A stretch of 63,953 nt of DNA, counting the filler, from Craspedostauros australis (taxonomy: Eukaryota): NCBI GenBank assembly GCA_030167865.1. It is 9 parts of 9 records of this genome, joined end to end, with 100 filler letters (N's around TTAATTAATTAA, not from the genome) between each part and the next. Parts side by side here need not be neighbours in the genome. Positions count along the whole stretch, not along the records: positions 1 to 31,814 come from JALAGF010005689.1; positions 31,915 to 33,529 come from JALAGF010005697.1; positions 33,630 to 35,289 come from JALAGF010005698.1; 6 more parts are not named here. One strand, given 5' to 3'. Shown piece after piece: positions 24,784-35,389 of this stretch. Made by a program: the position numbers and the translations under genes. A model generated the notes under the pieces. That model was not told where the DNA came from. It worked only from the letters and a program-made list of their open reading frames with translations, and ran no database searches. Positions within the stretch are counted from its first letter, which is position 1, and every line of letters begins with the position of its first letter.

Positions 24784-27700
24784 TCAAAGCTGGGATTGGC
24801 GTTGTTGGGCGGCTCGTAGCTGCTGGAATAGCTGCAATGAAGATCTGCGTCGCTGTTGTTGGCTTTGATGGATTTGTTGCAGCTGTCCAAGGGTTGGTAA
24901 AGCTGCAGCGGCGTTGCTTGCAGTCGTCGCTGCTTCGTTCTTGAGGTGTTGCTGCAACATCCCCGGGTTGAAGTTGCCATTGCTGTTGCTATTTGTTTGA
25001 GCCAATCGGATTGCGCTTTCCAGAAGGAGGGAAGATGCTGGCACTGGCGCCGAATCTTCTTTCGTGTCGTCATCGTAGGCGGCTGTCAAGCTCCCTTGCG
25101 TTGTTCCAGCGGTAGTTACGCCGGCAGTGGTGGAGGCATTGGCGACGAATGGATTTCCGCAGGCGTTGTCGATTGATGTGGCATTCCCACGCGATTGTTC
25201 GCCGTCATATCGTTGCCGTTGCTGCCTCAGAAGCAAGCCGAGACGTGACCATTCATCGTTCGTTTGTGGCAACGCTTGCTCTTGGGTGTGACAATCTGTC
25301 TGAGTCGAGGATGGCAGAAGCCCACTTGTGTCCTGGGCCGCCGCCAACTGTGCCAGCAATGCTGCGGAAAAGTCCTCACCATGCTCCTTCTGATGATGAC
25401 CGTTGCTGTTCCTCGATCCATTGCCAGGATTGGTCGATGCCTCTGCCAACTGGCGTTCCAGGGCAAGGCCGCTGTTCGACACCAACCGATCGATAGCTGG
25501 CAGCCTTGGCTGCTGCTGCTGCTGTTGATGCAGGCCGGCAGTGGCTACTGAGAACGAGGAGTTTGCTTGGTGTCCAACCATAGCTTGTTGACTGTGAGAC
25601 ATTGAAGCTTTGAGGAGCTCAAGATTCCTCTGCATGCACATTGCTTCGGTCGGCGCAGTGGTGTTCGTGGATGGTTTCATGGCTGCATGAGGAGATTGCT
25701 TCATGAGACCATGCCCCGGTGCATTCGCCACAGAAAGAATGGATGCCAAATTGGGAAATCGTTCGAGTATCGTTGCCAAGTTGAGTTGATGTTGCTGTCC
25801 GTGGCCCTGTTCACGATGCTGATGCTGATACTTGGCTGTATCAGCTGGTTGTCCTTGCTGTGCGTGCTGCGCATGCTGGGCGCGTTGTTGTTCGTCTACT
25901 TGTTGTCGACCTGCTGAAGTCGGGGATGAGGTTAGGGCGAGAGCTGGAGCAGAGGCAGGAAAAAGGTTTGATTCGGATCGGACTGTTGCCTCGGAAGGCG
26001 GATCCGCCGGTCTCCGCTCTGCCTTGATATAATCACGCTCCTCCATCATTTGCAGAACGCGCTTCTGCAATACAAGTACCTGTTGCTTGAGACTCCTATT
26101 TTCCTGCTGCAGCACGAGGTTCTGGTACCGCAAGGCGACATTGCTCTCGTCCTGCCCGCGATTCGCAACTTCTGATGCTGCGGAGAGGAACGACGCGTCG
26201 TGGTGCATGCCCTTGCCGTTGGCCATTTCGTGCAACGCAAGTTGTTGGGACAGATTGTCCATACCGCTCGTCCAGGGGATGCTCCCGTAACCAGCTGCTG
26301 CTCCATTGAGGGCCTGGACTAGCGATGGCGATGATGATGACGATGCCATAGCTGACACCAGTTGAGGCGATCCCATCAATGATGCGAGTGGATGCTGACC
26401 TATCGGTGTCTGATTGTTGTGTTCGACACCGACGCCGACACTGCCATATCGCTCAGCACCGAGAAGCCTTGCTGCCAACAAATCGCGTTGTTGCTGTTCC
26501 TGTCGGAGCCGCTGTTGCTGGCGCTGGGCATCCAGCTCTTGGGCTGTTTCGTTGATCGCAGCGCACGCTGCCGCAATGTTGTCCGTGTACAACATGCTCG
26601 TCACGGTCTTGTTATCGTCACCGTTGTTGCCTCCCCCATCCTGCTCGCCGCCGTTGCCAGTCCCATCACTTTTGTTCGAAGCACTGTCCGCAATGTTGCT
26701 TGCATCATCTGCTGTGCTATCGGCACTGCCTTGGTGGGTTGGTGGTTGACTCGCGTTGTCTGTTGCTATCTGCGGGAGCCTTGCCTTCTTCTTGGTCGCG
26801 GCGAGTCCTGATGATGAACGCAACTCTTTCTCATCCGCCTGTCCTGGAGGAGTCCCACCAATGACATCAGCCGTGCCATTTACAAGTACGGCGTTCGCGT
26901 CTGCTGTCGTTGACGGTATTGGTTTGGGTGAAATCTCCTGTTCGTCTGTGCCACGACCCATGGCCTCTCCTCCTGCTGCATCTCGTCGTTGTCTCTTCCT
27001 CCGCTTCTTCGACTTTGCTGACTTCCGTCGCTTGTCTGTGCCAGTTCCGCTCGTCTTCGCTTCGCTTGTGGCGTCGTGTGCAGCGCGCTGTACCTGTCCA
27101 TCGCGCTTTCGACTGTTCGTTGATGCCGCCATCGCTGATCTGGAGGTATCCGTCGACGCTGCTGATGACGATGACGATGTTGGCTTCGTTTGTTTGGATG
27201 CCGGAGGTACCGGTGATGGCTGTTGCCGTCCAGTATCGGCGCCCTCTCCAGGCATGCGCTCGCCATCTTCTGCGTTGCCTCTCTTCCGTTTCGACCTTGG
27301 CGTGCCTGATGCGTCAGCGGTAGAAGATTTGGAATGCGTTTCGCCGGCAGGGTTGAATGCGGTCCGTGAGCGGATCGATTCTGTGTTGGAACCTCCGTGC
27401 TTACCGATATGGGTAGCTGTGTGATGCTTTGCTGTTGGGAATGATGGTTTCGACGATGCTATTGGTGATGATTGCGATGGGTGGGGATTCTCCAAGACAC
27501 CCCAGGCCTTGCCCAGGAAGCCCCTCTCTGCGGACGGTGATCTGTGCTTTATGTACGCGTACTCGCAGGCCGGGCGAGCTGATCCACTCCCCAGTTTGAT
27601 GGAGTCTCGGCCGCTGCAGGTATCGGCGACCGACAAAACCGTCTTCACATTGTCCACATCACGAACTCTCGAGAAGAAAGTGTTCTGATGTGATGTGTGA

Positions 27701-27855
27701 GCGTCGTGCGCAGCCACGATCACTGCGCGACGGGGCTGATCGTCTCCGCTGCTGTTGAACGCACCGCTCCTTCGATCGTCACCATTGCCATCACGTTCTG
27801 CTTGGGGTGATTCATTTGCCACGGCCAATTTATCGTCATCCATCAGGTCAGACAT
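24784..27855 (-). CDS. Hypothetical 1023-aa low-complexity protein with NLS-like basic clusters, a leucine-zipper-like coiled coil and Gln-rich segments
   Basis: Uninterrupted 3.07-kb ORF. KRRKSAKSKKRRKRQRR; heptad segment LRYQNLVLQQENRSLKQQVLVLQKRVLQMMEE. No folded domain recognised; exon structure unverified. Confidence 0.62.
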   Translation of the reverse strand: MSDLMDDDKLAVANESPQAERDGNGDDRRSGAFNSSGDDQPRRAVIVAAHDAHTSHQNTFFSRVRDVDNVKTVLSVADTCSGRDSIKLGSGSARPACEYAYIKHRSPSAERGFLGKAWGVLENPHPSQSSPIASSKPSFPTAKHHTATHIGKHGGSNTESIRSRTAFNPAGETHSKSSTADASGTPRSKRKRGNAEDGERMPGEGADTGRQQPSPVPPASKQTKPTSSSSSAASTDTSRSAMAASTNSRKRDGQVQRAAHDATSEAKTSGTGTDKRRKSAKSKKRRKRQRRDAAGGEAMGRGTDEQEISPKPIPSTTADANAVLVNGTADVIGGTPPGQADEKELRSSSGLAATKKKARLPQIATDNASQPPTHQGSADSTADDASNIADSASNKSDGTGNGGEQDGGGNNGDDNKTVTSMLYTDNIAAACAAINETAQELDAQRQQQRLRQEQQQRDLLAARLLGAERYGSVGVGVEHNNQTPIGQHPLASLMGSPQLVSAMASSSSSPSLVQALNGAAAGYGSIPWTSGMDNLSQQLALHEMANGKGMHHDASFLSAASEVANRGQDESNVALRYQNLVLQQENRSLKQQVLVLQKRVLQMMEERDYIKAERRPADPPSEATVRSESNLFPASAPALALTSSPTSAGRQQVDEQQRAQHAQHAQQGQPADTAKYQHQHREQGHGQQHQLNLATILERFPNLASILSVANAPGHGLMKQSPHAAMKPSTNTTAPTEAMCMQRNLELLKASMSHSQQAMVGHQANSSFSVATAGLHQQQQQQPRLPAIDRLVSNSGLALERQLAEASTNPGNGSRNSNGHHQKEHGEDFSAALLAQLAAAQDTSGLLPSSTQTDCHTQEQALPQTNDEWSRLGLLLRQQRQRYDGEQSRGNATSIDNACGNPFVANASTTAGVTTAGTTQGSLTAAYDDDTKEDSAPVPASSLLLESAIRLAQTNSNSNGNFNPGMLQQHLKNEAATTASNAAAALPTLGQLQQIHQSQQQRRRSSLQLFQQLRAAQQRQSQL

Positions 27856-30619
27856 GTTTTGACTCGTCCACCCCTGAGTTTGGTGGCTATCTCACTCAAC
27901 GGGGTTGCTTGCTTCGGCCTTTGATGTCCTTCACTGTTCCGTATGTTCTGCGACGTATGGTACGTGCGAGTGTGATCGTCGCCACGCGAGTATGCGGATA
28001 TCCAGATCTGTCGGTGGTGTGATGGTTCAATGGCGAGAGTGAAAGGTGTATGATGCACAATGTACGATGCGCAATGTATGATGCACAATGTACGACCCAA
28101 CAACGAGACACGGAATCGTGCGCTGTTTGAATTGCGCGTGCACCCCACAATCAGACGAAGCGCGATTTGATCAGTTCGAAGCCTTGGGAGATTGTGTGTG
28201 ATGCTGATCCTCCCGCCGCAGCTTTGGGTACCCTTGCACTCTGTGTTTGCCCGTCGATGCTGTTCTGGCTGATGGTACTGTTTCAATTGTGGACTCTCTC
28301 GTTCGTCGACGATCTCACGGTCCCAACGCCGATACCGGAACCCGCCATGTTGTTGGAAGAAAAGATGTGACGAGAAGTGACAGGGCGAAGCGGTCAACAG
28401 GCGGAAGGGGATGGCGGCGCCAATTCCGACGAGGGAGTTGTTAACACATCTCCGAGGATGATTGGAACAAGACCTGTGACATTTTGGTGAGAACAGACAT
28501 CTTGTCGGGAATGTCGATTGACAATCGATACAGCGCTTGGGGTTCCCCATTTATCCGGTGGCGCGTCTTGGATTTCGAACCCCTTATTTGTCTTGATAGC
28601 CGATGGCAAACAAGCGAAGATTAAATCCACCAGAACCGCCCAATGGCAGGATCATCACACGCCAGGATCACGTGTGAACATCATCGTCACCACGATCGGC
28701 GAAATCATTGCTATCGCAGCGGCACCACAGATGCCTGCCGGTTGCTCTTTTGCCTGTCCAAGGTCGAGATTGTTGATGATGGCACATTGGTTCCGTCAGC
28801 AACCACACACAGGCTCCTTCATTTGGTGATTGCGGCTTCACAAGTGTTTTCCAAACTTTGTTCCAGGATGAGTATGTGTGGGGCATGTCGCAGCAAAGCA
28901 CTCTCCTGCCACACTTGCAGAGTGGAGACAGATTGAGGCCATCAATTAGCTACGAGTATGTCCAAGGTGAGGAATGGTGGGATAGGGTGAAGCAGGAGTG
29001 CGAAGGAGAGAGAACGAGTTGTGGACTCTGCTCGTATGTGAATTTGGGGAGGACGTCACTTGTCCTCCATGTAGAACCGCGTACTCTCTCTATATATATA
29101 CACATATATAAATACATACCTACATACATACCTACACACATGTAGAGAGAGAGAGAGGACGATGCCCTGCATCATTCTCATGTTCGTTTGGGATGCCCAT
29201 CCGTCCAAAGTACTACACTGTAATATTACATTGAATAATATTATATTGGACTCTTTATGGTTCTTCGCCGATTTATGCACTTGGTTGAACTACGGTATGC
29301 ATATGTGCTCGGCTGTCCTCGCATCTTCACATCCACTTGCACCACGTTGATCTGTCATGTGCCGCATGGCACCAGTGAAATGTGGCAGAGTGATTGTTTT
29401 GCTGGCGTCGCAGAATTGGTTGACTGGAAGACAGATCAGTCTTTATAGTCACCATGGATGTTGATTGTCTCCAGCGCACATACGCAGAGCAGAGTACTCA
29501 TCCAATCATTTTCTCCATCGTCGTCGTTTGGGGAACAGCATCAGGAGACGCTCGAACCATCCCAACCAAGAGATCGTGGTCGAAGTGCTCGCAGAGCACC
29601 TGATTGAATCGCTGACTGGTTGGATGTCTGACTTGGTCACTCACTTCATGGCCAGGGTGCACAAATGATTGTTTGGATGCCCGTGTTCCATAAATGTACT
29701 TGTCGAGTACACGAGTAAAATCGGAGTTTGGCTGCCCGGGATGGAGCACTCGCTCCGTTTCGTGTCACGCCTGTGTTTCTGCAGGTGCTCTCCAGTTCCG
29801 TCGACATGGACTCGACCAGATGCCCCAAGGTCACCGCCATGCCGCGCCCATTAACAAGAATGGCAACGACCATTCGTCCCCTGGTGCACAATAGTCGTCT
29901 GTGCGGTATGAATAGGCTTTCCGATGTCGATGGGACGCCAACTCCAGACATTCTCTGGGTCGTGCCGAACCCAGGCGAGGCTTGTGGTCGAGGTTGCGCA
30001 TACGAACACTTCGTGTGGCACGAGTAGTCGTACGTATTGAAACTGATCCAATAGATCTATTCAGGCGCTGTGCTTGTTACAGTCGTTTCGCAACCACAAT
30101 GTCTCCTTCGTCCTCTGTGCTCATTCTTCCAGAGATATCTTGCGGAAGCCAAGGCAACATACATGTGGTAGCACTGGGACTGAGACTCAAGGCGGAGTCT
30201 GGAAGTGTCTCCATGTGCTAGTGCCGAACAAGGATTCGTGAAGCGCGGGAGGGGGATCACGGTGACGACAGCTCCGTCCAACACGAAGCACCGAAAACCG
30301 CAACTCTCATCCATCGATATCAATCGATTTCCGGAATCATGATTTAAATTGATTGTCACGTGCACGTTCTGTCAGTCGTCGGCAATATATTCGTGACTCC
30401 TCAACGTCCGACAAATTTGTCGATCAGTTATTGTTCGATTCAACATCAATCACGAATCGAGCCAGAGCACGACTAGAAGTCTACAGTTATGTAGCCGAGC
30501 GCTTGGTATGGTGCCATACTCGTATCCTTTTGTGTCACTCGCCATGCACATACGAGCACGGAACCAGCGTCCATGCGCGTACTAAGACATACATGCGTCC
30601 ATGACGTACTCTAATCTAC

Positions 30620-31034
30620 TATTGTAATACAATATATATGTCGTTGTCTAACTGCTTGATCATAAAATACTTCACCAAGTTGATGTAGCCTGTGCCATTA
30701 CGAGTACTGCGCATTGTATTTGGATGCTATGCTGTCGAAGAGNGCTTGCCAACCATCACGGTTGCCATCGCTGAAGAGGTTGTCCAGATCAACATCGCAG
30801 AACTTGCTGCTGCTAAGAGCTTTCTGCCAAGCAGCTTCAATGTCGCTGTTTCCATCACCATTTTGATGATACTCCGGCACGATCTCTCTTTGGATCTGGA
30901 CAGACTTGCTCCATAGTTGCTGCAACTCAGTTTCGGCGAGGCAGGCCATAATTGACGATGGTGTTGTTGGCGTTGATGAGGAGCCATGCTGCTTCGTAAC
31001 TTCCACGAGCTTTTGCTGGATGGATTCGTAGATC
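30620..31034. repeat. Near-identical copy of 31280-31694 (3' end of the adjacent gene); probably an allelic/assembly duplicate
   Basis: Colinear at a 660-bp offset with a few SNPs, separated by an N gap. Confidence 0.85.
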
Positions 31035-31249
31035 NNNNNNNNNNNNNNNNNNNNNNNNNNNNNNNNNNNNNNNNNNNNNNNNNNACCTGAAACCCACAGC
31101 AGCCCATAACTTATCTAATATAATGATGATCCACCTCGGACATTTTTTTATATATACTTCACAACACGCTGCATATTATTCTGCAATAACCTGAAAACGC
31201 ATGTAGACTGCTCCCCCCGCGACTCGTTGGTTTGTGACTGAATGGGCTC

Positions 31250-31281
31250 ATAAGTGGAAATCATTTCACAACGGAGGAATA
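31250..31281 (+). repeat. Dispersed element end (mariner/Stowaway-like) inserted at TA
   Basis: Matches 3577-3608. Homology with the duplicate copy at 30620 starts exactly at the TA (31280-31281). Confidence 0.55.
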
Positions 31282-31357
31282 TTATAATAAAATATATATG
31301 TCGTTGTCTAACTGCTTGATCATAAAATACTTCACCAAGTTGATGTAGCCTGTGCCA

Positions 31358-31814
31358 TTACGAGTACAGCGCATTGTATTTGGATGCTATGCTGTCGAAG
31401 AGTGCTTGCCAACCATCACGGTTGCCATCGCTGAAGAGGTTGTCCAGATCAACATCGCAGAACTTGCTGCTGCTAAGAGCTTTCTGCCAAGCAGCTTCAA
31501 TGTCGCTGTTTCCATCACCATTTTGATGATACTCCGGCACGATCTCTCTTTGGATCTGGACAGACTTGCTCCATAGTTGCTGCAACTCAGTTTCGGTGAG
31601 GCAGGCCATGATTGACGATGGTGTTGTTGGCGTTGATGAGGAGCCATGCTGCTTCGTAACTTCCACGAGCTTTTGCTGGATGGATTCGTAGATCGGTTGA
31701 TGCAAGCCAGGTGCGCGCCGAAGTGCGGCGACGACGGATCGCTTGAACTTGATGCGCTTCTTGTGAACGGCATGCCATGCGATGCGTCGCGCTCGATATA
31801 ACGGATCTGATGAT
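31358..31814 (-). CDS. 3' fragment of an uncharacterised protein (5' part lost at the scaffold end)
   Basis: Frame open from the gap: SSDPLYRARRIAWHAVHKK..CLTETELQQLWSKSVQIQREIVPEY..KFCDVDLDNLFSD..WQALFDS..stop. Resembles, from memory only, the C-terminus of diatom sulfotransferase-like proteins. Confidence 0.55.
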
Positions 31815-31858
31815 NNNNNNNNNNNNNNNNNNNNNNNNNNNNNNNNNNNNNNNNNNNN

Positions 31859-31870
31859 TTAATTAATTAA
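31859..31870. other. Artificial scaffold spacer TTAATTAATTAA
   Basis: Six-frame stop 12-mer flanked by N runs. Confidence 0.97.
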
Positions 31871-31914
31871 NNNNNNNNNNNNNNNNNNNNNNNNNNNNNN
31901 NNNNNNNNNNNNNN

Positions 31915-33529
31915 GAGACAATCGTCCACATAGGTGCCGATTAAAAGCAGTTGCCCTTCCTGATTCCAAATCAGTAGGCATGGGTCTACCTCACTCTGCC
32001 TGAACCCCAGTTTGAATAGGATGTCGACGAGCTTCTTATTCCATTGTCTGGCACTCTGCACGAGTCCGTAGATGGTTTTCTTGAGCAGCAGACATTCGTC
32101 GGTTTCGTGCTTCATGCCTTTCGGGCATTGCATGTAGATCTCCTCGTCGAGGTCACCGTGTAGGAATGCTGTCTCGAAGTCGATGATGATACTATCTAGC
32201 TTCAATATCATCTTCATGGTGAGCATGATGCGGTAGGTTGCGTCATGTATCACCGGTGCATGGTGCGCTGAGAAGTCGACTCCTGCGATCTGCGAGTATC
32301 CGCATGCCACGAGTCTGGCGCGGAATACCCCGTTTCTCTTTTCCTTGAAGACCCATTTGGTCTTCACGCACCGCCGNNNNNNNNNNNNNNGGTCCTTCTT
32401 GATCTTTTCCCATACTTTCCTTCTGGCCATATCGTAGAATTCCTTGTTGATGGCTTCTCGCCATTTCTTTCTCTTACTGGGGTCCGCGTGGTCCCAGCAG
32501 TCCTCAAATGTGGTTGGGTCCAGCAGCATAGCGATGCTTGCTAGTTCCATCCCATCCTCATTTGGTTCGTTGTTCAATGCTTGGTCCGCAGTGATGATAT
32601 CGTCGAGTCTCATCATTCCGTGAGGTGTATCTATCATCATACCTNNNNNNNNNNNNNNNNNNNNNNNNNNNNNNNNNNNNNNNNNNNNNNNNNNTTTGCG
32701 AGTATCCGCATGCCACGAGTCTGGCGCGGAATACCCCGTTTCTCTTTTCCTTGAAGACCCACTTGGTCTTCACGCACCGCCGATTTCTCGGCATCCGGTC
32801 CTTCTTGATCTTTTCCCATACTTGCCTTCTGGCCATATCGTAGAATTCCTTGTTGATGGCTTCTCGCCATTTCTTTCTCTTACTGGGGTCCGCGTGGTCC
32901 CAGCAGTCCTCAAATGTGGTTGGGTCCAGCAGCATAGCGATGCTTGCTAGTTCCATCCCATCCTCATTTCGTTCGTTGTTCAATGCTTGGTCCGCAGTGA
33001 TGATATCGTTGAGTCTCATCATTCCGTGAGGTGTATCTATCATCATACCTGCGATATCTCTGTTGAATGTTGACCCGTCCGCGTGGAAGTCGGGTCCTCC
33101 TGTGTCCGATGGGGATGCGATAGTCTCTTGGGGTGTCTCGTACCCTTCGTCTGTATTTGATTCTGACTCATCGCTCGATTCGAGGTCTCGCTCCTCCTCT
33201 GGAATGGGCTCTTTGTTATACCCTGCGAGAGCACTCACCATCCTTGGTACGCGTTGCACAGGTTCTGCGATAGGGGTCTGCTCCGGCTCATATTTGGCCT
33301 CTTCATNNNNTCTCCCCTCATCGTCCCTTCCGAATTCGTCGCCGTCATTATCGTTCGACTCATTTTTCCCTTGGGTGGGGAGCAAGTCATCTTGCCCTCG
33401 CGCAGCGTCTTCTGTATCTTCTTTCTCTCCGGCTCTGCTGCTGCAATCTGCGTCGTCGGTCTCCATGCCTTTGATGGTCTCCGATCGTCGCTCCCAAGCT
33501 GCTCTCGTGTGTCGAGTCTTCATACCCGA
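31915..33529 (-). mobile_element. Ty1/copia retrotransposon pol fragment (linker + RVT_2 reverse transcriptase)
   Basis: DPTTFEDCWDH..WREAINKEF..KTKWVFKEKRNGVFRARLVACGYSQIAGVDF..IDFETAFLHGDLDEEIYM..LKKTIYGLVQSARQW..DPCL..YVDD. 32291-32644 is repeated at 32697-33050. Confidence 0.96.
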
Positions 33530-33573
33530 NNNNNNNNNNNNNNNNNNNNNNNNNNNNNNNNNNNNNNNNNNNN

Positions 33574-33585
33574 TTAATTAATTAA
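33574..33585. other. Artificial scaffold spacer TTAATTAATTAA
   Basis: Six-frame stop 12-mer flanked by N runs. Confidence 0.97.
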
Positions 33586-33629
33586 NNNNNNNNNNNNNNN
33601 NNNNNNNNNNNNNNNNNNNNNNNNNNNNN

Positions 33630-34141
33630 GATGTTGAGTCTGCTGAATGGCTCCGCCTCTAGCAGGGCAACTTGTCATACTTCCATCTGGTTGGCATTGA
33701 TGGCGATCGGCGTACTTCCAGTGGGCGTCTTGGTGAGTGTACCACAACCTTGCAGCTCATTGCCTCGGCGAGTTCACGATTGGTGGCTTCCTTCATCGCG
33801 AGTTTCAATCACATTTGGGTTGCCTTGCTGGCAACAGGAGTCTTGATGGTTCGTACCTCATACCCGGTCGTTGTAGTGAACTCGTTAATGGCTGCCCAAT
33901 CGGTTGCTTGGTCGATTTGCCGTTCTTTCGCGAAAGCGAAAATGCGAAGGATGTTCTCAATGTTGATCAAGGTGAGTGTTGGTGAGAGAGCCAGCGCTTG
34001 GATGGTGTTTTTGTCTGGACTCTTGATGGCGCGTTCGATCCTTCTGAGTTGCTTGTTGATGAACTCCATTTCTTTGTCATCGAGGTNAGCAAGTTCCTTG
34101 ATTACGGCTGTCAAAGCTTGGTTGTTGATTGGTCTTGCCAT
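33630..34141 (-). pseudogene. Probable gag 5' region of an LTR retrotransposon, interrupted by stops
   Basis: ATG (MARPINNQALT..) lies about 40 nt downstream of an LTR end and PBS; in-frame TGA at 33809-33811. Call rests on position, not on a recognised domain. Confidence 0.55.
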
Positions 34142-34181
34142 GGTGGTTGATGTTGTAAAGGTGATATGCTTGTTGGTAAAC

Positions 34182-34195
34182 CACGACTCTTAATC
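34182..34195 (-). promoter_or_regulatory. Primer-binding site GATTAAGAGTCGTG (complementary to a 5'-half tRNA-Lys(CUU)); second copy at 34519-34532
   Basis: Directly abuts the LTR 3' end (..TTTGACA). Its complement CACGA-CTCTTAA-TC reads as anticodon stem, loop with CTT, and 2 nt of the 3' stem. Confidence 0.7.
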
Positions 34196-34357
34196 TGTCA
34201 AAGTGCACAAGTAACTCCTGGAGACGTATTGGCCCGTTGTTGCGTGCCCTGGTCGGAGCTCTTGTTCTTTTATCGTGAGTTGTTCGAGGACAATCTCCAA
34301 CCAGTATTTTGACTAATATGATTTGTAAAGAGGTAACAAGTACAGAGAAAGCTGTCA
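34196..34357 (-). mobile_element. 5' LTR (about 162 bp, TGACA...TTTGACA)
   Basis: TG..CA ends; boundaries agree with the TSD-flanked solo LTR at 35006-35175; followed by PBS and ORF. Confidence 0.75.
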
Positions 34358-34532
34358 CCTGCCATCATCACCATTGTTTCTCTTGCCAACACCACCTTCA
34401 TTGCCATCACCATTGCCTTCTNNNNNNNNNNNNNNNNNNNNNNNNNNNNNNNNNNNNNNNNNNNNNNNNNNTTGCCATGGTGGTTGATGTTGTAAAGGTG
34501 ATATGCTTGTTGGTAAACCACGACTCTTAATC

Positions 34533-34695
34533 TGTCAAAGTGCACAAGTAACTCCCTGGAGACGTATTGGCCCGTTGTTGCGTGCCCTGGTCGGAGCTCT
34601 TGTTCTTTTATTGTGAGTTGTTCGAGGACAATCTCTGACCAGTATTTTGACTAATATGATTTGTAAAGAGGTAAAAAGTATGGAGGAAGCTGTCA
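34533..34695 (-). mobile_element. 5' LTR, second (gap-duplicated or allelic) copy, 163 bp
   Basis: Part of the 34135-34421 / 34472-34759 duplication; contains AATAAA; same TG..CA ends and PBS. Confidence 0.72.
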
Positions 34696-35005
34696 CCTGC
34701 CATCATCACCATTGTTTCTCTTGCCAACACCACCTTCATTGCCATCACCATTGCCTTCTGTGACAGAATCATTCGGGTTGCTTCCCCATCCTCATCTTTG
34801 TTGCCATCACCAGCATCGTCCTTGACAACAGCATCGCTGTGGGTAGCACCACCACCTTCGTTGCCATGGCGGCGACCNNNNNNNNNNNNNNNNNNNNNNN
34901 NNNNNNNNNNNNNGCTGTCTATGTCAATGCTGCCCCAATCAACACCACCGTCGCTGTCAGCATCATTGTGGCCATCGAATGCATGGCGGATAACGCCATG
35001 TCCGT

Positions 35006-35175
35006 TGACAATTCTCACAGAATTCCTTACTTCTTACTTCTTTACTAATCGTACTAGTCAAATACTGGTCGGGGGCTGTCTTCGGACAGCACTCACAAAT
35101 AAACAACAAGAGCTCCGACCAGGGCACGAAACAACGGGCCAATACGTCTTCCATAGTTACTTGCACTGTTTGACA
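35006..35175 (+). mobile_element. Solo LTR (170 bp) with 5-bp target-site duplication TCCGT
   Basis: TCCGT|TGACAATT....TTTGACA|TCCGT; internal AATAAA; homologous (inverted) to 34533-34695, including AACAAGAGCTCCGACCAGGGCACG.AACAACGGGCCAATACGTC. Confidence 0.85.
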
Positions 35176-35333
35176 TCCGTCATGAAATAGGAGTAGTACC
35201 TTTGCGTGCAGTCTGGGGTAGCCGTCGTCAAAAATGGAATGGTTGATGTAGATCTTCATGAACAAGTTGAAAAACGCAGATGATAGTTGNNNNNNNNNNN
35301 NNNNNNNNNNNNNNNNNNNNNNNNNNNNNNNNN

Positions 35334-35345
35334 TTAATTAATTAA
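35334..35345. other. Artificial scaffold spacer TTAATTAATTAA
   Basis: Six-frame stop 12-mer flanked by N runs. Confidence 0.97.
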
Positions 35346-35389
35346 NNNNNNNNNNNNNNNNNNNNNNNNNNNNNNNNNNNNNNNNNNNN

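Noticed and set aside
27900..30600. Short ORFs and a possible LTR-like stretch starting TGTCACG at 30354
   Set aside because: No domain, no matching CA end with TSD, and no second copy in the window.
34182..34195. tRNA-Lys gene suggested by the anticodon-arm-like sequence
   Set aside because: No D arm, T arm or acceptor stem around it; better explained as a retroelement PBS.
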